From contig CBDBHR010000028.1 in assembly GCA_965205865.1 (NCBI GenBank), positions 544,001 through 608,000 of the forward strand: a stretch of 64,000 bases of DNA. The letters run 5' to 3'. The first letter of the stretch is position 1; every line of letters starts with the position of its first letter. Below, one piece after another: positions 40,210 to 50,298 of the stretch. The stretch comes from a bacterium (lineage in GTDB: Bacteria > SAR324 > NAC60-12). The notes beneath the pieces were generated by a model that worked only from the letters and a program-made list of their open reading frames with translations, was not told where the DNA came from and did no database searches. The position numbers were made by a program, and so were the translations under genes.

Positions 40210-40529
40210 GGACAAAGCCCCACCCTTGAGATCTCTCGTCAAGGTTCATCCAGCAACCGGACGTCGCTCACTTTTTATTGGTCGACATGCCTGCGAAATC
40301 CCGGGGGCTCGACCAGGAATCAGCAGATAAACTGTTTAGTGACTTAACTGCGTTTGCTTGCCAGCCTCCACGAACGTACTCGCATCAATGGCAGCCGGGA
40401 GACCTGATTGTTTGGGACAATCGATGTGCGCTCCACAGAGCGCGCCCCTACGACCGTAGAGAACGGAGAATATTGCTGCGCACACGCGTTGCGGGAGATC
40501 CTGTCACCGAATTTGCTGCCACAGCCTGA
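40210..40529 (+). pseudogene. C-terminal fragment of a TauD/TfdA dioxygenase, frameshifted
   Basis: LVKVHPATGRRSLF, HQWQPGDLIVWDNRCALHRA. Confidence 0.85.
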
Positions 40530-40552
40530 ATATTCCGGTTTAAAAACCATCT

Positions 40553-41693
40553 TTACACAAGAGCTTCATCAAAAACGAGGACACCACGTTTGAAACCGCC
40601 CTTGAGTAACTCATCATAGGCTTCGTTGATCTGTTCCAACCGAAAACGTCTGGAAATGAGTTCGTCGAGCATGAGCTGACCGGAACGGTAGAGATCAAGA
40701 AGTACCGGGAATTGGCGGCGGGGATCAATGGAGCCATACAATGATCCAAAGATTTTCTTTTCCATTCTGTGCAGGTCCAGACCGGCATAACGCGTGTAGG
40801 ACCCTTTCGGAGAAACACCAACGATTACCACGGAACCGCCGCGACGAGCAGCCTCAAAAGCAGCTTCCTGGGTGGCGGACAATCCAATCGCCTCAAAAGC
40901 AAAGTCAACGCCTCGGCCTCCGGTTAATTCTTGAATCTGATCCAGGGCGTCATCTCCGGCAGCAACGGCATGGGTAGCTCCGAATTGACGAGCGATTTCA
41001 AATTTCGCTGGATCGTTGTCGACGGCAATAATCGGATATGCGTTACAGAGTCGCGCACCTTGCAGGATATTTAGACCAACCCCTCCACAACCATATACTG
41101 CCACGCTTTCCCCGGGGCGAATGTTAACAGTGTTGAGAGCAGCACCCACTCCGGTAGTTACTGCGCAACCGACAAGGGCAGCGACTTCCATGGACTGCGC
41201 AACCGACAAGGGCAGCGACTTCCATGGAAATGTCTTCGTCGAACGGAACAAGGGCTTCCTGTGGAGCAATGGCTTTTTCGGCAAAAGTGGATTGGGTGCT
41301 GAATTGACGCACGATCTCACCGTTGAGACGCAAGCGTGTGGAACCATCAGGCATGGTACCGTTGCGCCACGGCCAAAATGTCTCGCAGAGAGTAGGATTG
41401 GTGTGCCTGCAATAGAAGCAGGTGCTACATGACGGCGCCCAATTGATAATTACACGCTGCCCAGGTTGAACACTGGTGACTCCTGCACCGACTTCCTCGA
41501 CAATGCCGGCACCTTCATGACCCAAAATAACTGGTAAAGGACGCGACAAATCACCGGAAACAAAGTGCCAGTCACTGTGGCAAGTACCCGCAGCACCCAT
41601 GCGCACTCGTACCTCGCCGGGTTCAGGGGGTAACAATTCGACCTCTTCAATTTGGAAAGGACCTCCAACTTGATGTAAAACTGCAGCTTTCAT
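40553..41693 (-). pseudogene. Zn-dependent alcohol dehydrogenase (class III-like), frameshifted by a 34-bp duplication
   Basis: CHSD, GHEGAG, C..C..C, GCAVTTG, GCGGVG; exact repeat 41160-41193 / 41194-41227. Confidence 0.92.
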
Positions 41694-42588
41694 GACATAC
41701 TCCTTTTTAAGTTGAGATCAGGGGTGGATTGATAGCTCATTTCTATAAAAGAATGGATAGATTTGCAAGAGAAATACATTCCTTGACATCGTGAAGTCGG
41801 TCGTGAAGATTAGCGGTAAAACCTGGTGAGCCTCTGGAAGCATCAGAATTTCAGCTTAAAACAGGCGACCAGAGGTCAGAAGTACGGGGTAGCGCGTCGC
41901 CAGGGAACTCCGCTTGAAACTAGACAGGGAACCGTGGGAATCGGAGGACATGTCGATGGCGCGACGGCACCGGAAGCAGTCGCGAGTGAAAGTAGACTGA
42001 AACATAGTAAATGATAAACCATGGTCTCCAACTCTGGCGGAGCTGTTGTTGGTATTGAGGTTTATGTCTTTGGTGAAGCCGAGAATTTAGAAGTAAGGGC
42101 TGCGCAAACTCGTAGAAACGATCGAACAACGCTCTTTTTGTTGTTCGAGCTTTCCACAGTTTGCATGGCCGATTTTGGGGAAGGAGTAGGTCACTGTTCT
42201 TCTTCGTAATTGAATTCGACTTTGCTCTGCTGAACAATCTCGGCAATGACTGGGCCTAATTTTCCCTCTACGACTACCCTTTCGAATCGGTTTAGCAGGA
42301 ATTCGATGTTGATGATTTCTTCGATACAGTTCATGTAACCTTCATGTAAATTATTTCCACCCCGGAGGATGAAAATGTTATATACCAATAGAGGTTGAAG
42401 CGCTCGTTTCTCATGTTAGCGACTCGATCCTGTCACGTAACCTGAGCGTAGCTTTCATTGGTTCGCACCCCGGAGTGTTTCGTGGTATTATCTACAGAAG
42501 GTTTTGACTTCTTGATGATTGGTAATAAAAGAGATGATCTTCGCTGCTTTGCCGTAATTCTGTTTATCGAGATCGCAGCGATTGACCC

Positions 42589-43455
42589 CTAAACAACAAT
42601 ATCGAAAGGCAAATCGCTTATGTCGCGAAGTCTACTACCTTCGACCATGACTGCCAGCATCTCTGATTGATCTTTCGCCTTGGGAATGGCTTCACAGACT
42701 TGGCGCAACTCATCCAAAGCGAAGTGATATACGCAGTCAATGTCCCCTGTGCCAAGCGCCAGCGATGCAATTCGCATTGGGAGAGGTTCAGCCGTTACCG
42801 CCACGATATGCGGCAAGTTGCCTTTACGATTGCGGATAAGATTGAGCGCCTCTGTCCGTGAATTTTGAGAACGGTCGCTTCGAATTGTCCACTTGCACGA
42901 TATACTTGCATGCAATAATGAAAGCGGTTCAGATTGATTCGCAGACAGGAATGGAGTAAGTGTTGCACTACCGGAGTTGTCCAGGAATACCTGTGTATCG
43001 TTGACTTCATCATGAGAGACCGGATAACGAGCGATAACTATATCAGGCGTGACGATATACCCATGCCCGAGTGCGATGGATAGGGTTTGATTATCGCTCA
43101 CTAGCTTAGCGAGGTTTTCCAGATGCTGATACTGCGCGAAGTTGGAAATCCGTGTCCGTGTCGTCAGGTATTGCCATCTACCGGGACGCAAGTGCTTGAT
43201 AGCCGAAAATGCTTCTTCAATAAACTCGGTTGTGAACTTTTCAAACAGTGTTCCTGCGGTCTGTCCGGTAATTTTCGATGTAATCTGCCGGGGAAAACCA
43301 AGTACCTCCGCTATTCCGTTTGCAATGAGAACGCTGGATTGACTGCTGCCATCGGCAAAGTTTGGATAAAGCAAGCTATTCCTCTCGGAGAATCGGACTA
43401 TTTGCGAGCCAATTTTGGAGTGATAACTTTGCCGTAATTCTGAAAGTGTACTCAT
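42589..43455 (-). CDS. NgoMIV-family type II restriction endonuclease
   Basis: GQTAG..FE, PDIV, SISCKWTIRSDRSQN.RTEALNLIRNRKG, TAEP, GTGDIDCVYH. Confidence 0.9.
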   Translation of the reverse strand: MSTLSELRQSYHSKIGSQIVRFSERNSLLYPNFADGSSQSSVLIANGIAEVLGFPRQITSKITGQTAGTLFEKFTTEFIEEAFSAIKHLRPGRWQYLTTRTRISNFAQYQHLENLAKLVSDNQTLSIALGHGYIVTPDIVIARYPVSHDEVNDTQVFLDNSGSATLTPFLSANQSEPLSLLHASISCKWTIRSDRSQNSRTEALNLIRNRKGNLPHIVAVTAEPLPMRIASLALGTGDIDCVYHFALDELRQVCEAIPKAKDQSEMLAVMVEGSRLRDISDLPFDIVV

Positions 43456-43472
43456 GGCGCAATTTATCGGAA

Positions 43473-44345
43473 CTAAACAGCTAAGGTTTGCTGCACGCCG
43501 TTATTTATCCGAGTTTCGGATTGTGCCGCATATTCTTCGTTCAACTCAATAAGGACGACGTGACGATTTGACTCGATCGCTGCTATGCCAGTAGTTCCCG
43601 ACCCTGAAAACGGGTCAAGAATCACATCCCCGGGACGGCTACCTAAGATTATGCAGCGCCGTGCCAATTCTCTTGGGAAAACGGCGGGATGCAGCTTGTC
43701 ACCAGCATCTGTCCCCAACAGCCAGTAATTCCGGAGATTTGCCCCGGTTTCTTCTCGCACAGCCTGATTGTTGTAGTAGTATTTTGCACTTTTTGAGAAC
43801 AGAAAGATTTCCTCTGTGGCGTTTGACGGTCGGTTCTTGACGCTTTCGGGCATAGGAGCTTTCTTCAGCCAAGTTATCTTTGAGCGCAGCAACCATCCGT
43901 CGTCTTGTAATGCAAATGCTACTCGCCAAGGCAGTCCCATCAGGTCACGATCCTTCAGTCCCCAACAGTCCGGGACTTTGCAGTTACGCCTTTGGATGAG
44001 CCTCTTGGTATTGCCCACCTGTGCGTTTGGGCCGTGAGACCCGGTTCCACCGTTGCGGGCATATCCGTCGCCAACATTCAGCCAGAAAGTGCCATCATCG
44101 GAAAGTACTCGACGAACTTCACGAAAGATTTCTACAAGGTTCTGCACATAGTCTTTGGGAGATTCCTCAGCGCCTATCTGGGCTGAATGCTGATAGTCTC
44201 GCAACCCCCAGTACGGTGGTGAGGTAACACAGCACTGAACGGATTGCGATTCAATTTGGGGCAATATGCAGCGATTATCACCTACCAGTAAATCAACACC
44301 AAAGTGCTGAGGAATCCTTATGGCTGCTTCGCTCTTTTTTGCCAT
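43473..44345 (-). CDS. beta-class amino-DNA methyltransferase (SPPY, probably N4-cytosine)
   Basis: VTSPPYW (motif IV) precedes HPAVFP and DPFSGSGTT (motif I). Confidence 0.9.
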   Translation of the reverse strand: MAKKSEAAIRIPQHFGVDLLVGDNRCILPQIESQSVQCCVTSPPYWGLRDYQHSAQIGAEESPKDYVQNLVEIFREVRRVLSDDGTFWLNVGDGYARNGGTGSHGPNAQVGNTKRLIQRRNCKVPDCWGLKDRDLMGLPWRVAFALQDDGWLLRSKITWLKKAPMPESVKNRPSNATEEIFLFSKSAKYYYNNQAVREETGANLRNYWLLGTDAGDKLHPAVFPRELARRCIILGSRPGDVILDPFSGSGTTGIAAIESNRHVVLIELNEEYAAQSETRINNGVQQTLAV

Positions 44346-44669
44346 GGCAGAGTTTACTCCAAGCTAATCACCAAACAGGGTGAACATCACAAAGAAAGGC
44401 GGCTGTGTCCAGTATCTTTTCTGTTTTCAGAAGGGCGTTATCTGACCACTCCGCACTTCACCTTGCAGTTTGGCATGCGCACAAGATTATTGACAATCCC
44501 GGCTACTATATCTATTGGCTTACTTGGTGTCTATTTTGAAGCGGTATATGAACTCATCTCCGCCGCGTTCGAGGGACAGACATGCATAGGACAATGAGTC
44601 GCAAAACGATACCGCCGGAGAATACCAGCTTCATGGTGTCCTCCATATCAAAAGGAAAATCAAGAAGTT

Positions 44670-44706
44670 CCCATGACGATAACATTTGAAAATGGGTGTG
44701 TAAAGT
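44670..44706 (+). repeat. 37-bp dispersed repeat, copy 1 (possible IS end)
   Basis: CCCATGACGATAACATTTGAAAATGGGTGYGTAAAGT also at 53559-53595. Confidence 0.85.
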
Positions 44707-44805
44707 TACTCTGTAAAGCAGACAGTCTCCGAGGGTTGTTATAAAAATGAAGTTTCACAAAAAAACAATCCTTATTATAGGAGACTGTCATGGAAAAAAC
44801 GAAAA

Positions 44806-44985
44806 TTATTGAGAGTCAGATTTTTATATTAAATGATATGTCATACCGGACTTGATCCGGTATCCAGGGTTCGTGCTAATTTCCCGCTTGCGCGTAAGGC
44901 TGGATTCCTGAGCAAGCCAGGAATGACACGTTTATTCAATTCTTGATTTGCATAATTTTTATAAATTTATCTGATCTGTCAATAA
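44806..44985. mobile_element. MITE-like element with REP-like core
   Basis: Imperfect TIR TTATTGAGAGTCAGAT / ATCTGATCTGTCAATAA; GTCATACCGG...CAGGAATGAC at 44840-44927. Confidence 0.6.
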
Positions 44986-45260
44986 TCAAGGCATGCTGGA
45001 AGCAGTGTAAAAATAGGTTAAGAAAGTCTTTTTCCGTGGGGTGGGGTTGGATTCAGGGTGATGCCAACAACCGATGGCTATTTGCCGCCATGGGATTGGA
45101 TGTTCATGCGCATCAGTCATAAGCATGGAGACAAAATCTTACTTTCAGGAAAACAAATTTTTTGCGCTCACTCTATTTTTTCTTGCAATGCGAATAGAAT
45201 TGTATTAGGAACAATTTTTAAGAACAAATTTTACAGGAAGATAGAGGAGAAATCAGCAAT

Positions 45261-46164
45261 ATGAACAATGCTACAGAATTTCCATCCGCTTTCAGTGAAC
45301 CCAAGAGACGTAACATCCTGGTGGATTTCCTGATCAGGCTGGCTACAGAGAAACCCCTGGGGACCTTTGGTGGGATAATCGTTTTGATCTTTATTTTGGT
45401 AGCGATCTTTGCCGACATACTGGCACCTTATCCCCATGTCGAGGTCAACATATTGGACAGGATGCAAGAGCCCTCCGACCGGTATCTCCTGGGGACTGAC
45501 CAGTTGGGGCGAGACCTCCTCGGCCGTTTGATTTTCGGGGCGCAAATTTCCTTGACCGTCGGTCTGGCGGCGACAGCGCTCAATGTGCTCATTGCTGTCT
45601 TGATCGGCAGCATTTCCGGATTCTTTGGAGGAAAAGTGGACCTGGCGGTGCAGCGCTTCGTCGATGCCTGGATGGCCTTTCCGGGACTGCTTCTCTTGTT
45701 AACGATCATGTCCCTCGTGGGGCGGGGTCTCCCCCAGATCATCGTGGTCCTGGGGGTCACTGGAGTAATCGGAAGCTCGAGAATCGTCCGCAGCGCCGTG
45801 ATCGGTGTCAAAGAGAATGTCTATTTTCAGGCGGCAGTGGCGATTGGCTGCTCTCAAGCAAGAATCCTGATCCGCCATGCGCTGCCCAATATTGCCGCCC
45901 CGTCATCATCATTTTCACCATTAACATCGGGGCCGTGATAATCAGCGAGGCTGCGTTGAGCTTCCTTGGATTCGGGTTGCCCGTCAAGGTACCCAGCTGG
46001 GGAGGAATGCTCAGCCGGGAAGGGCGTGAGTTCATGGAGATGGCCCCCCGACTGGCGCTCTGGCCGGGGCTTTGCCTGACGATTGTCGTTTACAGTCTCA
46101 ACATGTTCGGTGACGCTCTCAGGGACCTGCTTGACCCAAGACTACGGGGTGGGGAAGGTAGCTA
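45261..46164 (+). pseudogene. DppC-like permease, frameshift near 45900, C-terminus split by an IS (tail at 48004-48031)
   Basis: LGTDQLGRDL, RHALPNI, then EAALSFLGFG...GDALRDLLDPRL in another frame. Confidence 0.88.
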
Positions 46165-47997
46165 GACCCTAGCCGAAAAGGGTTTCGAAAATAATAAATG
46201 TAACCAATTTGATTCTATTTGATTCTCTATTTGATTCAATATGACGAGAAAACGATTTTTTTGTTTTTTATTCGCCCACAGCACAGTTTTTATAGGGAAA
46301 AAATCTTTTTTGGACATACTTTCCTCGCTCCTGCTCATATTTCACACTCCCCCATTGAATATTCAGGCCGCTTGTTTGAGTTGTCTTTTTTTCAACTCAA
46401 TCATTTTGCAAAAATTATAGGTTAATGCTTTTTCCAGCAACTCTGCCCGAACGTTTTCAATCCCTCTGCGCATAACTTGTCCGAAATGGAAACGATGCTT
46501 AAGATGAAACATCAACGACTCTGCAGCAGATCTTCCATTTCGTGATTCCAAATAGATTTCACTTTCCCATTCTTCAATCGGGGTCATCTTTTTTCCCTTT
46601 GCCCCACTAATACTAAAAACCTTAACGCCTTTGCCCATCCACTTTTCTCTGATCGCCTGATTGGCATATCCATCATCAAGGCTCACTTCAGAGGGAATGG
46701 TGATGGTGCATCGCAAATGTTCAACAAGGGCAGGGTCGAGTTGCCCTGAATCAGCAGCATTGCCCTCCGGAGTAATTAACACGGAAATAAAACCATTTCC
46801 GCTCCTTCCTAATTGAGGCTTATATCCGATAAGCGCTTCTCGATCTCCCTTTTGAATATAAGCCGAGCTCTGATCGGAAAGACTCAATACTTTCTCAGTA
46901 GAAGGAACCTTCTTTTCTTCAAAAACTCTTTGATGACAGTAGATGATTACCCGTTGCAAATTAGAAATATCTTCATTCATCATTTCAATGAGGCGAATCA
47001 AACGCGTTTTCCGAGAAGGGGGGAGAAGAGCTTTTTGGGCACGGATATCCACCTTTGCCATTTCTTTTAAAAATTTCCCATGAGCGCTTTGAGCTTTCTT
47101 CAATAGGGTTTTGTAATGTTTTTTTCGCTTCGTTTTACTGTCCTTTTTACCTGTCTCAAAAGCCATCATCTTAGAGAGCTTATTCATCTCCTTGATGAGG
47201 AAATCAAAATTTCTTTCACTGATCTCAGCGATTCCAAATGTATCAAGGGAACGCCCTCGATGGTAGCTTCGCTCCACGAGACGAGTCAATATCGACGAAT
47301 CAGTAGGCCAAGCTGTATTTCCTTTTACAGAGGTGCTATCCAGTTTTAAAATATCAAAATCGTCCAACTCTTCATCGAGAACCATTCGAATTTGAGCATC
47401 GAAAATAAACTGTCTGCTCTCGTTGCTGACAGCATTGACATTATCAAGGATTGTACTCGCTCCCGGCATTTTCAATCCACGGTTGAGCAGAAGCAGATGC
47501 AGTGTGATTGACTCTGAAAGAAATATTTGGGCCGTTTGGGATTTGATACTTCCTAAATATCCCCGAATCATCATAAAAAGGTAGACTAAAAAAGCCGACA
47601 TCCGAGGACACCCTATTTCCAGCCTCAGTTCTTCCGGCTTCAATTCCTCATCTTCTACGGGAAGATGAGGAAGCCATGGATTCCGGGCTTCCTGCCATCG
47701 TTTATCCTCTAAACGCTCTTTCTTTTTATTTCTTGCGTATTTCTCCAAATCCTGTTCAATTTTGTCCAATATCTCCGGCTCTCGCTCAGACAATTGATCA
47801 AGTTCTGATAAGAAATTTTCAAATTCTGTATCAGGAGCGCTTAAAAAAAGATGTTTTTCTGCTCGAATGAATGGTTTCATTTTGGGTGCCATAATTCTTA
47901 ATATTGAAGTTATTCACAGTTATTTCAATGAATTATGGCACTTTCTAACCTCAAGTTTAAAGATATAATTCTAAAAAATACCTTTTCGGCTAGGATC
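46165..47997 (-). mobile_element. complete 1833-bp IS (IS5/ISNCY-like DDE), TSD TAGCTA
   Basis: TIR GACCCTAGCCGAAAAGG / CCTTTTCGGCTAGGATC; TAGCTA at 46159-46164 and 47998-48003. Confidence 0.9.
46363..47892 (-). CDS. DDE transposase (509 aa)
   Basis: LDST...N.AWPTD, IGYK, GNAAD, SLDDGY, R.AAESL...K. Confidence 0.9.
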   Translation of the reverse strand: MAPKMKPFIRAEKHLFLSAPDTEFENFLSELDQLSEREPEILDKIEQDLEKYARNKKKERLEDKRWQEARNPWLPHLPVEDEELKPEELRLEIGCPRMSAFLVYLFMMIRGYLGSIKSQTAQIFLSESITLHLLLLNRGLKMPGASTILDNVNAVSNESRQFIFDAQIRMVLDEELDDFDILKLDSTSVKGNTAWPTDSSILTRLVERSYHRGRSLDTFGIAEISERNFDFLIKEMNKLSKMMAFETGKKDSKTKRKKHYKTLLKKAQSAHGKFLKEMAKVDIRAQKALLPPSRKTRLIRLIEMMNEDISNLQRVIIYCHQRVFEEKKVPSTEKVLSLSDQSSAYIQKGDREALIGYKPQLGRSGNGFISVLITPEGNAADSGQLDPALVEHLRCTITIPSEVSLDDGYANQAIREKWMGKGVKVFSISGAKGKKMTPIEEWESEIYLESRNGRSAAESLMFHLKHRFHFGQVMRRGIENVRAELLEKALTYNFCKMIELKKRQLKQAA

Positions 47998-48092
47998 TAG
48001 CTACGGTATAGCGAAAGTGAAACGCAAATGAGGTCTCCTGGACCGGCTCATTTCCCCTTTCAACTGGTAAGCGGGTAAAACGGGATATTTGA

Positions 48093-49313
48093 ATGCAAGG
48101 AAATTCCTCGATTCGTTCAGGAGCGAGTGCTCCGCTATTAATAGTTGGCGCTGGTTGCCTGGTAATGCTGATTTCGATGGGCGTACGAGCGGGGTTTGGT
48201 CTGTTCCTGCAGCCTGTTTCCACGGACTTGGGATGGGGTCGAGAAATTTTTGCTCTCTCACTGGCCCTGCAGAATTTGTTGTGGGGAGTATCCCAGCCTT
48301 TCGTGGGCGCAATAGCAGACAAATATGGTTCGGGTCGTACGGTCGCCACGGGTGGTCTGATCTATGTGATAGGAGTCTATTTGATGTCGGGAGTGGAATC
48401 TCCCATCGTTCTTCATTTAGGGAATATGTTGGTGGGATTCGGACTTTCGGGAACAGCGCTTGCGGTGGTTCTTGGAGTCATGGTACGGGCGGTTTCTGTT
48501 GAAAAACGATCCCTCGTCCTGGGAATTGGCACGGCAGCAAGCAGTTTGGGACAGTTCACCATGATCCCTCTGGGGCAGTTTTTTATATCCACGTATGGCT
48601 GGTCGACTGCTTTGTTGCTGATCAGCATTTGCTGCATGATCATAGCGCCTTGTGCCGTTGCGTTAACGGGTCGCAGCAGTTCAGACGTATCAGAAAGCGT
48701 GGTGGAATTGAATCTCCGACAAGCGCTTACGGAAGCATTCGGACACCGAGGTTATTTGTTGCTCGTCAGTGGTTTTTTTGTTTGCGGATTTCATGTTGCT
48801 TTCGTCGCCACCCATCTGCCGTCGTATATTGTGGATGAGGGATTCCCAGCAAATTTGGGAGCCTGGGCTCTTGCTGTGATAGGCCTTTTCAACATAATCG
48901 GGTGCTTTACTTCCGGGATATTGGGAGGACGTTATAGTAAGAAGTATTGTCTGAGTTTTCTATATCTTTCACGGGCATTTGTTTTTGCTATCTTTTTGCT
49001 CACTCCGGTGTCTGCGACCAGTATTCTTGTATTTTCCGCAGCGCTGGGACTGCTATGGCTCTCCACAGTCCCACTGACCTCCGGCCTCGTGCTTCAAATC
49101 TTCGGCCCGAAATACTTGGCCACGCTTTTTGGCGTCGCCTTCTTCAGTCACCAGATTGGCGGTTTCCTGGGCGCGTGGCTTGGGGGATATCTGTACGACA
49201 GAATCGGTTCTTATGAGGTTGTCTGGTGGATTGCCGTGGCCTTGGGAGTGGCGTCCGCAATCGTCCATTGGCCTATCAACGAGCAAACCCTGCGTCGTCC
49301 AATGCCTGCATGA
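48093..49313 (+). CDS. MFS transporter
   Basis: Hydrophobic multi-TM pattern, GAIADKYG, FFVCGFH, HQIGGFLG. Confidence 0.92.
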   Translation: MQGNSSIRSGASAPLLIVGAGCLVMLISMGVRAGFGLFLQPVSTDLGWGREIFALSLALQNLLWGVSQPFVGAIADKYGSGRTVATGGLIYVIGVYLMSGVESPIVLHLGNMLVGFGLSGTALAVVLGVMVRAVSVEKRSLVLGIGTAASSLGQFTMIPLGQFFISTYGWSTALLLISICCMIIAPCAVALTGRSSSDVSESVVELNLRQALTEAFGHRGYLLLVSGFFVCGFHVAFVATHLPSYIVDEGFPANLGAWALAVIGLFNIIGCFTSGILGGRYSKKYCLSFLYLSRAFVFAIFLLTPVSATSILVFSAALGLLWLSTVPLTSGLVLQIFGPKYLATLFGVAFFSHQIGGFLGAWLGGYLYDRIGSYEVVWWIAVALGVASAIVHWPINEQTLRRPMPA

Positions 49314-49396
49314 TTTCCTTTATTTTTTTGGAAGCTGAAAAAATAAGGAAAAGGTGGTTCCATCCGAAAGCGAACCGGAAAATTCTGCGAATTCCT

Positions 49397-49645
49397 CTAA
49401 TGCTTTTCATGCGACGGGATTCCAATGAAGACATATCCGGCGCCCCAAATTGTTTTAATGAAGGTGGGCTGTTTGAGATCATCGCGCAGTTTTTGGCGCA
49501 AACGGCTCATGACGATATCCACGGTGCGGTTGAAATAATCGGCTTCGATCCCTTTCAATTCATCCAAAATTTGATCACGGTCGAGAACTCTACCCGGATT
49601 TCGCGCCAGATAAGTCTAAGCAGTGAATTCGGTAGTGGTGATGAC
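49397..49645 (-). pseudogene. OmpR-family response regulator, winged-helix fragment
   Basis: TTTEF.*.YLARNPGRVLDRDQI...RTVDI.MSRLRQKL.DD...P.FIKTIWGAGY. Confidence 0.85.
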
Positions 49646-49686
49646 ATCTTTGAGTTTCGAAGTGAAATGCTTGTCATACGACAATT

Positions 49687-50201
49687 TTAATGTTTTTCCA
49701 GATAAGGCTTGAGTCGATGAGCTTTCCATACTTTTCCCACGGTTGTCTTGCCTACGCCAACTGCCTTGGCCATCGATCGCGTGCTCCAATGGGTACGGTC
49801 CTGAGGCTTCTCTTCAATGGTTTTCTTCACAATCTCCTCGATTTTTTCAGGCCCATAGAGGCGTCTCCTGCCGGGCCGTGGATCATCATTGAGACCTATT
49901 ATTCCTTTTTCAACAAAGCGCCGTCGCCACTTTCCAACGGCATTACCGCTGGTTCCAATCGTTTTGGCAATCTCTTGATTCTTAAGGCCATCAACTGCCA
50001 ACAGGATGATGCGCGCACGAAGAGTGTCTCGCATCGCTCCGGTATGACGGCGTGCGGTTTTGCTCAATTCATCCCGTTCTTCCCGGGTCAGTTTTATACT
50101 TGGCGCTTTTCTCATGCTGTCTCCATATATGCAAAAAAAAGGACAACTCGTAGTATAGCAAACCAAGGAATTATTTACATATTAATAAAAGAGCGACACA
50201 A
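49687..50201 (-). mobile_element. truncated IS630-family element (left end + transposase N-terminus)
   Basis: RARIILL, V.KWRRRF...G..GL.D.PRPGR, THWSTRSMA; the end abuts TA at 50202-50203. Confidence 0.88.
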
Positions 50202-50298
50202 TAGTGAATATGTCATCCTCGCGAAACTTGTCCCCGCGAAAGCGGGGAGCGGGGATCCGGATTTCAGTCTGGCTGCATATCTCCGGATTCCTGCTTTC

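Noticed and set aside
41790-42020. Group II intron or retron RNA
   Set aside because: No GTGYG 5' end, no domain V motif, and no reverse transcriptase in the window
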